The position numbers were made by a program, and so were the translations under genes. Source: Eledone cirrhosa (lineage: Eukaryota). Taken from it: a DNA stretch of 64,000 nucleotides. Location: positions 192,758,001 through 192,822,000 of the forward strand of contig OZ024742.1 in assembly GCA_964016885.1 (NCBI GenBank). The letters are read 5' to 3'. How positions within the stretch are numbered: position 1 is the first letter of the stretch; every line of letters starts with the position of its first letter. Below, piece by piece: positions 39,843-53,692 of the stretch. The notes below the pieces were generated by a model. That model searched no databases. It saw only the letters and a list, made by a program, of their open reading frames with translations, and was not told the origin of the DNA.

Positions 39843-40668
39843 TATATATATAAATATATAACCAAAATTAAATTAAGGATGTAATGTCTGAAAAACATGT
39901 GCCATACACTCTGTAGCATAAGCTCAAAGATTCTAAGGGATAGATTCGAGATTTATCAGTATTCAATTAAAAATCGATTTTTAATTGAATACTATATATA
40001 TATATTACCGAAGACGTATGTAGCTCCTTCCTCTGCATAAATAGAACTAACTATCATTAATAAACTATTAGCGTGTCATGCTAGAACATCATACGTCATT
40101 TAGACATATTCCGTCTTATACTTTGTAAAGTCAAATAAATCAACAACTACCACATCAACAACATAACCGAGACTTTAGTGAGATATGTACAAAGATTAAT
40201 ATATAGGAGCAGAATTTATAATCACTACTGGCTAATTTATGATTGTAAAATCTGATGATAAAGATAGTACATGTATGGAGTGTAGCGTGTGCTGTGTTTT
40301 ATCTAACTTTTGCCTGAAGGCTCAATCGCAGTAGTCTGCACTTCGTTTCTACGCATCAACATCTAATCTACTCTATCTATTGTCCAGTTAGTCTAACTTT
40401 GACACTTTTGTTGCGTCATGTGAATGTTCTGTATTATTCCTTTATTCATTTATTCGTGTATTCTTTCATTTGGGGTCATTTACTTATTCAATTATATTTC
40501 ATTGAAATTATAGAATTTCAACCGCACCTCCTCCTCAGTCAATCAGAATTAATGTTGACTGACAGTTAGTAAGGAAATACATACACAACTATATATGTAT
40601 ATATATTATATATACATACATATACACACATATACACACACACATAAAATATATATATATACACACAA

Positions 40669-40699
<31 letters not shown>

Positions 40700-40752
40700 A
40701 TATATATGTATGTATAAATATATATATGTATATATATATATGTATATATGTA

Positions 40753-40786
<34 letters not shown>

Positions 40787-40840
40787 CATACTTACATACA
40801 TACATACTTATAAATTATTGTATAAAGTGATTGATATATA

Positions 40841-40876
<36 letters not shown>

Positions 40877-41715
40877 TATATATATGTATATATATATGTG
40901 TATGTATATATGTATATATATACACACACACACACACACACATATATATACATACTTATATACATAATACTTATAAATTATTGTATAAAGTGATATATAT
41001 ATATATATATATATATACTCATAGCATTCAACATTCTATGTATGTAGACAATATTCTGCTTCTGGTCACAAAAAGAAATCATTATTCTTCTTTGTGTGAG
41101 AATATTACGTTTGAAATTTCAGTGGAGTACCCCAGGAGGATCTATGAGTTGAAAATCTCTGACAATGTAATTAGCACCACTTTTAAAATCTCCCTTTTCT
41201 TCAATGCGTTTTAAAATTTTATTATTCATGTGTTGATATAGCGTTGTATAGAACAGACCATTTCAACATATAACGAATTCCCCCGAGCAACAGTTTTCAA
41301 TAAATCTCTACTTGTAGTCAAATTTTATTTTCAATGAAATTACATTGCATATAGTTATATACTAAATCAGTTATGCAAGGTATGCTTGTTATATTAATCT
41401 TGCTTCAGTCGAAATCTTTCTCCGTCTAATATTAGACATCCCCAATATTAGAATCTTCTGATGGACTTTGTAACAACCACGAGAAATCCATTAATAAGTG
41501 TTAGAATTTGGAATGAAAAGACCTTAATACTTCAACAAAGTATTTAGGGTTTTGTCCATAAAACACACACACACGTGCACACGAACACGCATTTGGTCGA
41601 GCTATTAAATAAGATAAAGCTGAATTCTTTTAGCCGATTTAGCTAACATATCCTACCAAGATGAGGTTTAACTCAAGTTTATATATATATATGTATATAT
41701 TTATATATTTATATA

Positions 41716-42088
41716 TAAATGTAATCTGAGCTAGTGAAAATATATGCTATTTTCAAAAATACACAGTGACTGATCGGCCTGATTTACATATCAGCAGACT
41801 GTTTGATCAGTCATATCAGTCACTGTATACTTTTGAAAATAGCATATATTTTCACTAGCTCTGACAGTTTGGCAGCTGAACAGTGAGCTGTACTGATGAA
41901 GGGTGATACCCAGAACATTAGTGTCTGCAGTTCTGTTCACATGCCAACACAAGAGCAAGAATGAAGGGTTCATTCTACTGACATGGCTATAAAATTGAGG
42001 CTTGTTTGCATAATTGCAAACGAATCGAATATGATTATTAATATTCGAAAAACTCAGATTATATGTATTGTATTCAGCCATGTACCGC
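41716..42088. mobile_element. Fold-back non-coding element with hammerhead-like motif at 41885-41933
   Basis: 41728-41776 inverted vs ~41815-41862; gagctgta-CTGATGA-agggtgataccc-AGAA-cattagtg-TC-tgcagttc; relative at 36740-36885. Confidence 0.65.
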
Positions 42089-42118
42089 GAACATTTTCTT
42101 TATATACACGTATATATA

Positions 42119-42173
<55 letters not shown>

Positions 42174-42414
42174 AAATAGATTATCTACTAACATATATAT
42201 ACAGATGCATACCTATGCCAGCAAATATATAGGTTTTGTCTTAGTAACTTTGTGGGATGCATCCCTGATGACGAAAGGCTTCTCCGTACGTTTCTTCGGA
42301 AACTATGTTTATTCCCTTTCAGAAACTAATTAGTTGGAGTGACATTTTAGTAAGTAAGTTAATTTTTATAATTTTCTTATTTTACGTCTCTCATATATAT
42401 ATATATATATATAT

Positions 42415-43196
42415 ACATAAATACATAAACGGAGAAAGCTATTAGCGATACCCCGACCAATTTTCATCTCACTCAACAAACATTAATAAATACCGGAGTA
42501 TATTCCCAATTAAACGTTTGGGGTGCTAACTATATTGTATTGTGTGGATAATCGGCTGTATTATTTTATATGAGATATATTAAAATCTCATTTCCCATAC
42601 GATCGTTTCATTATAAGATTTCTACCTCCTGGGTGAAATTTTACCAAGTTATGTAGAAGCTTGCCTAAGATCAATGGATTCTCATGCAAGTGGGCTCTTA
42701 TAAATCTTCAATGGGTGCCCAGTAATATCAATATTAATAACTTAAATCAACATTAATATTTAGCGATAATCTCCATCAGTGCTAGAAAGAGCTGTCTAGG
42801 TTGTGTGTCCAGCAGTTCTAAAGAAAATCTCACACTGTCCCCAAATGGAAGGGGAAGTCATCGCGAAAAAATGAAATAATATACACGCAGGTCATTGAAC
42901 TCGTGAAGAACTCAATTGGATATGAAAAAAAAAATATATGTGTGCACTATTTTAAGGACACATATAGGTATCTTCTCAGGCAAAATAACAGATATGAGAT
43001 ACAGGAACAAACAATCAATATTCATATAAACAAATAAATAAAGAGAGTCATACCTTATATCGGGAAACTTCATGTCTGGCGATCTACATAACTACATAAA
43101 TGGAGAAAGCTATTAACGATACTCCGACCAATTTCCATCTCACTCAACAAACATTAAGAAATACCGGAGTATATTCCCAATTAAAAGTTTGGGGTG

Positions 43197-43205
<9 letters not shown>
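42415..43205 (-). mobile_element. Retrozyme-like family C, ~670-bp monomer with ~110-bp terminal direct repeat
   Basis: 42420-42533 repeated at 43093-43205; hammerhead at 42594-42715(-); diverged relative at 51170-51740. Confidence 0.7.
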
Positions 43206-43239
<34 letters not shown>

Positions 43240-43242
<3 letters not shown>

Positions 43243-43725
43243 ATGGAATAGAATGAAACGAAATTTCATTTCTCACTCTTAGTACGGCACTTACTTAAAT
43301 GTAAGTATGCATGTATGTATACGTACATACATATATGTATACAGACGTACAGTAGTATGTATATATATACATACATGCACACATATTAACGGCTGTTCAG
43401 CCGTTAATATGCATAAGGAAAGTATATACTTTCAGACGTTCAACCATCTGGCAGGAAGGTATACGATGCTGACGATAGCTAATAAGCTTGAAACTAGTAC
43501 ATCGTTCCTGTGTCAGTGTTGAACAAAAAGGTGACGTGGTTGCCTAAACACTGTACGTCATAATTCGGGCTGTTTGTTTACAAACAAACAAACCGAGCAT
43601 TATAATAAATGTTCGGTAAACCCCTACGTGCATATATATATGTGTGCATGTATGTATATATATACATACAAGTGGACGTCTGTATACATATATGTATGTA
43701 CGTATACATACATGCATACTTATAT
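43240..43725. mobile_element. Retrozyme-like family A, copy 2 (fold-back)
   Basis: Homologous to 13860-14525; hammerhead on plus. Confidence 0.75.
43463..43505 (+). ncRNA. Type I hammerhead ribozyme motif
   Basis: acgatg-CTGACGA-tagctaataagctt-GAAA-ctag-TA-catcgt. Confidence 0.82.
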
Positions 43726-43855
43726 ATATATATACACAAAAAAAAAAAATATATATACATATATATATACAGATATATATACATATATATATACATATAA
43801 AATATATATATATACATACATATATACACACATACATATATATACATACACACAC

Positions 43856-43886
<31 letters not shown>

Positions 43887-43979
43887 CATATATATACATA
43901 TATACATGTACATACATATACATATATATATACACACATATACACATATATATATACATATACACATACACATACACAC

Positions 43980-44061
<82 letters not shown>

Positions 44062-44074
44062 GTGTTTGTATATA

Positions 44075-44660
44075 TGTGTTTGTATTGCAAATGACCAAGT
44101 TAGCTAGATTAAAAAATACTAATTAAAATAATACAGTTTGCCTGTCTTGATTTAAAATAATAAATCAATAAAAACAAACCTATATTGAGCTAATTTTTTA
44201 GTCCCATAAAACCGGCTGCTATTTCTAGCGGCACGAGTATAGGACGGGCTAGACGCTGGGTCACATGTGCGTTCAACAACACATTTCTGCCAGTCTTCCT
44301 AAGTATTTTGAAGTGAAATTACCAATTTCTGGATACCTGCAGAAGAGCAAAGGTATAGAAATTTTCACTTAATTGTTGCGAAACAAATTTAAAATTTGAA
44401 ATTCAAATTTGTCCAGGTATCACGGCTATTGCCAATATAGGTTTGTTTTTATTGATTTATTATTTTAAATCGAGACAGGCAACCTGTATTATTTTAATTA
44501 GTATTTTTCAATCTAGCTAACTTGGTCATTTGCAATACAAACACTTATATTCTTGTATTAGTGTTTATCCCTATCATATATTCATTTGTATTACACGGCT
44601 CAGAAATATCCCTTCCTTTGAGCTATTTAATTGTAAAAGACTATTTGAGTTTATAACTCT
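44075..44660. mobile_element. Fold-back non-coding element with a full-size hammerhead-like motif at 44332-44421
   Basis: 44076-44188 is the reverse complement of 44433-44545; gatacctg-CAGAAGA-gcaa..ttgc-GAAA-caaattt..aaatttg-TC-caggtatc. Confidence 0.72.
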
Positions 44661-44756
44661 ATATATAATATATATATATATACATATACACACACATATA
44701 TATATATATATTCATACACACACACACACACACATATATATACATACACACATACG

Positions 44757-44853
<97 letters not shown>

Positions 44854-44868
44854 TTTCTGAATTTGTAT

Positions 44869-44909
<41 letters not shown>

Positions 44910-44911
<2 letters not shown>

Positions 44912-47322
44912 TAATATAAGATCAAAAGATGGTTAAAAGAGATCCAAGTATTTCATTATGCGCATTTCAAAAACAAATATCAACATGGGATGATATCTGC
45001 GTTTTCATCAGATAAAATAGGGATTCATGATATGAAGCTTAAAAAAACACTTGTGAATAGTGAAGTTTTAAATCAACATATGAAAAATAATTTAAGATTG
45101 ATGTATGAGATTGAGAAAAAGTGAGGGAGGTGGTGGAAAAGGTAAGGAAGAGGAGGAGATGAGAGTAATTAGTATTTTATTGTTGTGTTTAGAGATAATG
45201 TTAGAGATGTTGGAGGAGGTGGAATAGGAACATTTTATTGTATGTCTGTTAAAGATTTTACTATAGATATCTGAGGGAGGGAATCATTTATCTAAAGCCC
45301 TAAAGAATAGTTTAGGAATATTATTATTAATAGAAATAGAGAAAGGAGCATTATACCAGATTATATTTTTGTATCTCGGTCTTTTATTTAAGTTATTGGA
45401 ATGAACATAATTAATTATTTTACTGCAAGACATTCTAGGATTGGTTTCTTTACTGTATTTAATTTCATCAGGATAACCGGCTTTAGAAAGCGCATTATTA
45501 TAGTAATTGGGATTAGCATCAAGATATTTTTTATTAGAAGATAGGTTTGATATTCTTTTTCCAATATTACTGACTATAGCATTTTTAATGTTGGTGGGGT
45601 GGTTAGATTTAAAATTAACATAATTTAGATTCTCATTGTTTTTATGGTAAGTTTTTATAGGCCAGTGTCAAGATTAAGGGATATATATCTAAGATTATGT
45701 TGCTTAAAGAGATCACGTATATTGTTCTTAATAATATTAAGGTCAACTAAATTAAGGTGAACTAAATTGCAATTTAAGATAGTAAAAATTCCATCGCCAC
45801 GATAAATTCCACCACGAAGTTGAATGCCTCCCTATCCAGAACATGTAATCTTTGTCTATCTGAGAAATTTACCATTATATCTAATTTCAATTCTATAATA
45901 AATAGACGCACTGATTTATTTTCTCTCTGCTTGCATAAATTCCACATAACATTCTATAAAGTATACAGCTAATATCTAATACCTTACTAGTTTAAAATCC
46001 CTTTTCTCAAAGGCTTATATATATTTTAAAAAATATACCCATCTTTCTACCTTATTTCAATATTATTTATTATATATTATATAATACAAGTTACTCATTC
46101 TATATCATTCCTCTTTATCACTTTTCTTTTCTTCCTCTTTTCTTTTTAATTTCTAACCTCTAATCTGTACTTTTTATTCCTAACTACTTCTCAATTCTTA
46201 TCATTACTCACCACAACATTATCTATTCTTCCATCTTTCTTCATATCATTGGCCATACAAATTACTATTATTTTTTTTAATACATCATAGTATTACCTTT
46301 AATAGTCCTTCGTAAACATAAACATTTTTTTTTTACGTTAGATTTTTCTTCCTTAAATTCCTTATCCCTTTCATGGTCGTTTGACTTTTACATATTACAA
46401 TACATAAAAACAAACTTACACCCTAACTAATTTCTTTTAATATATTATATTACTACCATTAGAAAATATTTCGTAAACATACATATTTTTTGATGTTAGA
46501 TATTTTCTTCCTTAAACATTCTTTTCTTCTTTGCTTTCTGCGCTGATTTTTAAACAAACTATTTACGTACAGTACGCACAGATATTAGATTACATAAAAA
46601 CAAACTTAAACACTAATTCCACTAAATTCATAACTCATTCATTCTTCTACTTCTTTTCACATTATATCCATAATAACATTAATATTTTTATTTTAATAAT
46701 ACATATTAATAATTTCTTTTCCTCGCACATATTATTAAACCCTTCAATATACAAACCTTAATTTAATATTATTCTTGATCCCTTTTTCTCTTCATGCCTA
46801 AACCTCATTAACTTTCAAATTCTTTTAAATTATCTATTATCTTCCAACGGCTTATTAACTTCTCTCTGTGAGACAATATATAATTTTTTCTCAATTGTAA
46901 AGGCTATCTCTCTCTCTCTATCACCCAGATCTCCTCCTCTCTCATCCTTCCTTCTTATACTCCTCACCCACCATTCTTTACTCTCATCTCCTCTTCTTCC
47001 TTACCTTTTCCAACCGCCCCCTCACTTTTTCTCAATCTCATACATCAATCTTAAATTATTTTTCATATGTTGATTTAAAACTTCACTATTCACAAGTGTT
47101 TTTTAAGCTTCATATCATGTATCCCTATTTTATCTGATGAAAACGCAGATATCATCCCATGATAATATTTGTTTTTGAAATACGCATAATAAAATACTTG
47201 GAACTCTTTTAACCATCTTTTGATCTTATATTATTTATACTCCAGTCCTACAAACTGTAGAGTGCTACTTATCCGATATTTGCATTGCTTTATTGTGCTA
47301 CAATAAAACTCACCTCCTACAT
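44910..47322. mobile_element. Naiad-like PLE, head-to-head rearranged, ~255-bp terminal inverted repeat
   Basis: Minus arm 45170-45825: GIYRGDG, YVNFKSNHP, RISNLSSN, IIWYNAPFS, KCSYS; plus arm CNLCLSEKF..LCLH then pLTR; hammerheads at 44949-45019(-) and 47126-47196(+). Confidence 0.87.
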
Positions 47323-47448
47323 ATACACACATATATATACATACACACACGCATATATATATAAATATATATATATATACACATACACATATATATATAT
47401 ATATACATATATACACACATATATATATATAGATATATACATACATAT

Positions 47449-47533
<85 letters not shown>

Positions 47534-47569
47534 GATACATACATACACACATATACAGGCGGAGTAGTT

Positions 47570-47615
47570 AGCTTTGATAAGCACCAAAAAAGTGCGAAAA
47601 AGAGCTGTGTCAGCT
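47570..47615 (+). ncRNA. Hammerhead-like motif with U3:A8 core (family B relative)
   Basis: agct-TTGATAA-gcac-caaaaaa-gtgc-GAAA-aagagctgtg-TC-agct; stem III imperfect. Confidence 0.55.
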
Positions 47616-47848
47616 TTATCTCCCTGTTTGCTGAAAATTAAAGTAAGTGAGACTGTCACTACTATAAAACAATAGCGTAAGGTCTTCGAAATGCTTTTAA
47701 ATAAGCATACAGTGTATTGCAAAATACACTATATATACATTCATACATATATCGCTATTTCAGAGCACCAATTCTAATTTTCATATATATATATGTATAT
47801 ACATTAAGTTATATCTGTATAAATTAAGTGTTCTTGATATATATATAT

Positions 47849-48563
47849 ATATCATAAAACATGTCTATAGAATCAATCAGATATTAAGATATATACTATT
47901 TCTTCCTCTAATCAACATAATTAACCATATACAAAATCAAATCTAGCAAGCTTTAAGAATAAATTTTCTTCCGGGGAAATCCCTGACAAACAATTGATCG
48001 TAGCCTCTTCGCAGCAGCTCCGTTCCACTATTTATCAAACATTTCGGCAGCATGCAGAATCCGATCAAATATACCATCAACCGCATATAATTAGTAGTAA
48101 AATTAAACCTAGAAGAAATGCGCACATACCGTAATTATATCCCTACCATGGTTTCTTCCTTATTTAGGACATCCAAATAATATGGAAATGTCCTGAGTTA
48201 GGTTTCATCAGGGGATAAACTCAGAATCAGACATTTATTTTCTCAAACCGACCGCGCCAAATTTAGATTCAAAAATGGCTAAGATCGCTATGTAGCTGTG
48301 TACCAGCCAGAGAGAAAGTGTGTGATTGGTTGCTTACGGCGGGTATGCTTGCTGCTAGAAAGCGCAGCCATATATCGCCAAATTTAATCTCGACCAATTG
48401 GGAGATTATTAAATATAAAGGTTATCATATACATAAAATTAAATCAAAGATATATATATGTTGCAACTGTTCACTTCTAAGCTCAATGAAGAATTAATAA
48501 ATTAAAATAAAAAAATCAGAGCATTATATCATAAAACATGTCTATAGAATCAATCAGATATTA

Positions 48564-48572
<9 letters not shown>
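47849..48572 (-). mobile_element. Retrozyme-like family D, ~677-bp monomer with ~45-bp terminal direct repeat
   Basis: atatcataaaacatgtctatagaatcaatcagatattaagat at both ends; one internal hammerhead; no ORF. Confidence 0.75.
48138..48217 (-). ncRNA. Type I hammerhead ribozyme motif
   Basis: tatccc-CTGATGA-(aggaca..tgtcct stem)-GAAA-ccatgg-TA-gggata. Confidence 0.8.
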
Positions 48573-48637
<65 letters not shown>

Positions 48638-48934
48638 ATGTGTATGTGTGTGTATATATGCGAATTTATCTCATATATAAGTCTACTGATCTTCCTATGT
48701 ACGACATAATAACGCAGCATCTGGTTGGTATATATAGGCGGGTTGGATATGACGATGGCTGTACAAACACGCCTGTTTCGATATGATCGGTTGAGCCAGT
48801 CGTGAAGTATTGCTGTTCATGTACAGGTGTATTTATAACCTCTGATACGTTTGTGACACACGAAAATATCAAACAACATTACGCGATCGAAAGGTATAGA
48901 CCGATACAGCATGGCACAACTCTCGTGGCAACAC

Positions 48935-49045
48935 ATTTCTACAGCTGAGTGAACTGGAGAAATGAGAAATAAGTGTCTTACCCAAGAAAACCACACATCA
49001 CCCGGTCCAGGATTCGAACTGAGAACTTAACGACTGTGTGCCTAA
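48935..49045 (-). mobile_element. SINE, second family
   Basis: Reverse complement of 9750-9848; B box gttcgaatcc. Confidence 0.7.
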
Positions 49046-49063
49046 ATGTATATATGTATATAT

Positions 49064-49567
<504 letters not shown>

Positions 49568-50055
49568 ATCATATATTATAAGATCAATTGCCTGCTTCAA
49601 CTGCATGACCCTGCAAATATCATTCTGACGCACTCTAATCATGTATAGATAAGACAAGCGTGCATGCTACACGGGAGATTGCTTCATGCACTGACTACTC
49701 TAAGCTTTCCTCTTGCTTAATCTTCATAGACTGCCAACGCTTCATGTTTATCTTTATTTTCACTCTTGCTTTTATTTTATTTTATTTTTATCATGTAACA
49801 CTTTATTTTTATCATGTAACACTTTATATGTAAATTGCCATGCTATTTCATTTGATGAATGTCACCCCACTGTTGATCAATATGCACATATGTTTTATGT
49901 GTCTCTTGGGTTGAAAAGGAGGTCAAGTATGTTATAAATAACTGCTCCGAATAATCCAAACCTTGGTTTGGAGGAAACAATTGTAAGCAAATAAATGACT
50001 TAAACTGAACTTTGATTACTGTAATCTCTATATATATATATATATATAATAATAT

Positions 50056-50244
50056 TTGTTTCTACTATTGGCACAAGGCCAGCAATTACCCAGTACATTA
50101 CTGGTTCTTTATTTTATCGACCCCGTAAGGATGAAAGTCAAAGGTAACCTCGGCGGTATTTGAACACAGAATGGCAAGGGCCGTAACTCTATGCGTCAAA
50201 GCATGGTGTCCGACCCTCTACCGATACTGCCAATCCACCGCCCT
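50056..50244 (-). mobile_element. OR-like SINE
   Basis: Family match. Confidence 0.85.
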
Positions 50245-50409
50245 ATATAATAATAATAATAACATGTGGAGAGGAACTAATACCTTAACACTTCACACAA
50301 AGTAAAACATTTCGTTTTAATCATTTTCTAACCCAGAAAAAAAGAGAGAGAGAAACAAAAAAGGAAAAAAAAATATTTTCCTTCCTAATAATCATCTCTT
50401 TCTCCCTGT

Positions 50410-50464
<55 letters not shown>

Positions 50465-50610
50465 TGAAGTAATTCCGTCGGAAAAGTCCAGGAAAAAAGA
50501 GTGCTCTATGTAGGTAACAGAGCTTAATAGTTATGTAATAAACAACATAAGGCAATTATTTCATTTACCAGTGGTTTCTTAAAAGCAAAAAAAAAATTGC
50601 TTTTAATTAT

Positions 50611-50710
50611 CAGAATAAAAAAATCCTGGTGTATTTATTGGCGTTGGATTTTAAAAACCTAAGTTTTTAAAATCCAACGCCAATAAATACACCAGGATTT
50701 TTTCATTCTG
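50611..50710. repeat. Near-perfect ~45-bp-arm hairpin
   Basis: aaaaaatcctggtgtatttattggcgttggattttaaaaac / gtttttaaaatccaacgccaataaatacaccaggatttttt. Confidence 0.9.
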
Positions 50711-50861
50711 TATATATATTCATTCTGTATGTATGTATATATATATATATATGTACATTGCAAAATGTATGAGATCCTTGGTACAGTTAGGTATATTTTA
50801 AAAAAAGGAAAAGAATGACTTCACGTGTAATGTTAAAAAAATTTTGATTATATTTTATAAT

Positions 50862-51050
50862 TGTTTCTACTTTTGGCACAAGGCCAGTAATTAACCAGTA
50901 CATTACTGGTACTTTATTTTATCGACCCCGTAAGGATGAAAGTCAAAGTTAACCTCGATGGGATTTGAACTCAGAATGGCAAGGGCCGTAACTCTATGCG
51001 TCAAAGCATGGCGTCCGACACTCTACCGATACTGCCAATCCACCACCCTT
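50862..51050 (-). mobile_element. OR-like SINE with 11-bp TSD, inserted in the centre of an inverted repeat
   Basis: TSD tattttataat at 50851 and 51052; flanks ~50804-50849 and ~51080-51125 are mutual reverse complements. Confidence 0.85.
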
Positions 51051-51132
51051 TTATTTTATAATATTTTATTATAAAATTAAATCAAACACTTTTTAACACT
51101 ACAAGTGAAGTCATTCTTTTCCTTTATTTCAA

Positions 51133-51165
<33 letters not shown>

Positions 51166-51351
51166 ACTAATACAATAACAGAGATAGTTTAAAGCTAAAC
51201 TCTGACTGGTAACCATCTCACTCAACAAACATTAGGTTATATTTAAATATAAACCCAATTTAAGTGTTTGGGGTGCTAACAATATGTATAATGTGGAAAA
51301 ACCAGTTGTATTATTTTATGAGATATAATTAAAGTTAAAGTATATCTCTCT

Positions 51352-51476
51352 TTCCAAACAATTGTTTCATTATAAGTTTTCTTCAAGTTGGGAGAATATT
51401 TCCAGTTTATGTAGAAGCCTAATATATATTCATGTAAGACTATATTTAGGTGGGCGTTTATAAATCATCAGTGGAA
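51352..51476 (-). ncRNA. Hammerhead motif with very long stem II insertion (family C relative)
   Basis: ttcca-CTGATGA-tttataa..ttataat-GAAA-caattg-TT-tggaa. Confidence 0.65.
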
Positions 51477-51778
51477 GCCCATTAAGCTTTGATATAAGAA
51501 AGAAATTCTTACCGCAGTCAAAAATCGTGTCTGTTAAGTTGCTCCTTCTCGCCTCGAATGACCGCCAAATTTGAAATTCCAGCAGTTTTTGACTGAGGAA
51601 GTATCATAGCGACACGAAGCGGGAAGGGGAGACAACTATGATCCACGAAAGGAGGAACAAAATAATATACACGCGGGTTAATTAGTTTTTTCGAAAACAT
51701 TATCAATCCAACGTGTTAAGAACTCAATTGAAAATAAAAAAAATATTAAAAAAATATATAAAAAAAATAATAAAAAAA

Positions 51779-51920
<142 letters not shown>

Positions 51921-51921
51921 G

Positions 51922-51957
<36 letters not shown>

Positions 51958-51961
<4 letters not shown>

Positions 51962-52400
51962 CATACGTCGGTCTCGATGGTCATGAATTTCCACGTGGAT
52001 CATTTTGCTTCTGCTGCATGATGGTGAGCAGCCTCTGTGGCTGTTCAGATCCATATGTGAGTAACAGGCTTGTATGCAACGACTATATTTGAAGATGCTC
52101 TCCTCTAGGGTTACTGTGTTGTTTTTCATTCGAGCATGCTTTTCCTCGGCGTCAAGCTTCAGATTCTCTTCCCATCGGTGTGTCCTCTCGCGCAATACAC
52201 ATCTCCAGCATGAGCGATCATTTACGACCCCTTTCTACCTCTGGACGACAAGAAGTATGGATTTCATCTGCCTCTTGCAGACGATTTTTGAACCACGATG
52301 ATATCGTTCTCGTGTCCTTTTTCCGGTGGCCAGTTCTCTATGAATTAGGGTTTTGTAGATCCTCACGTCTGGCATACGAAGAAGCAGTCGAATCTTGAAG
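51958..52400 (-). mobile_element. RTE (BovB-like) LINE 3' fragment
   Basis: [22 protein letters not shown]-terminal Zn-finger remnant; ends gaccgacgtatgcc(ta)n. Confidence 0.72.
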
Positions 52401-52497
52401 CAGCTGAGTGCAAAGACAACATTTCTTAATCATTCGACCCATCCCTGCGCCGACTTCGTAATGGCTAATGTTTCTTTATGATATCAATTTTCAAAAG

Positions 52498-52700
52498 GGA
52501 AGGCACGTGGTAATGTGGTTAAGGCTTTTAGCTCACGATCCCAATGTCCAGGAGTTCGATACCTGGGCGTGCCTTGTGCCCTTGAACAATTCTTTTTGTT
52601 ACACTAATGCCCCATTCCACTCAGCTAGTAAAGAGGAGTTGTACCTATATGTTAAAATGTCAGTCTTCTATCACGTTGAATCTCCCTGATTGGTACCTTA
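52498..52700 (+). mobile_element. Diverged tRNA-derived SINE
   Basis: tggtaatgtggttaagg..gagttcgatacc..cccttgaacaa..ccactcagct. Confidence 0.65.
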
Positions 52701-53622
52701 AGGTTTGTACGTGTCTATGTCACATAACAGTTAAGTTCAGAGTTGTGGAAAACTAAGACAATAATTACACTGGCGTATATTTGTTAGTCCATAACTATCA
52801 TTTCAATCATTATGGAGTTAATTACCATTAACATAATACACATCGTTAATTTGATACGGCTTTACAGGCAATGGTTTTAATTATAGTATTTCCTGTTTGT
52901 TTTAATTGCTTATTGGTATATATACTAATTGTTCTGTTGTTCGAACAGTCGACACACTCGCCCTCGCAACCAACGGAGGTTCACCACAACACAGTGGTTT
53001 AGACATTACGAGAACATTCCTTTAACATACATAACTATCAAATTTGCTGAGTAATTGGTCTTCGTTTTCTACTTTTCTGTTTTGGGATAAGAAATGTGTA
53101 GACACAAATGTTGAGATTGTAACAAGACAAGAATATTGGAAGGCGGAGATTTCAGGACAGGAATCCATTAGTGATAGAAATTTAGTCAATTGTACAGATT
53201 ATAGAACATTTATCCTGAAATCGTGAGGAAGCAAATCATTACGTATTACACCCCCCACACACACATACACACACACATACACACACATACATACGCACAT
53301 ACACACACACATACACACATACACATACACACATACACACACACATATACATACAGAGAGAGAATTAGAGAGTGAGGGTGAGAGTTAATGGGAGCGAGAA
53401 AAAGACATATACGAGGGTTGCCTGCACATTCATATGCTGACCAAGATACTCTCATGGAATGACCAAATAAGATAACATTTTTAACATAGTCCATGAAAAG
53501 AAACAATCCAGTTGTTAATAAGAAGAGTTGGAATTACAGCATGCAAGATTTCACAGTTCTAGCATCATTCCTTCATTGCCAGCGTATGAACCTTTCAGCC
53601 GACCATCGTATATGAATGATTA

Positions 53623-53687
<65 letters not shown>

Positions 53688-53692
<5 letters not shown>

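Noticed and set aside
42266-42320. CTGATGA..GAAA motif
   Set aside because: Stem I and III partners are unclear, so it was not called
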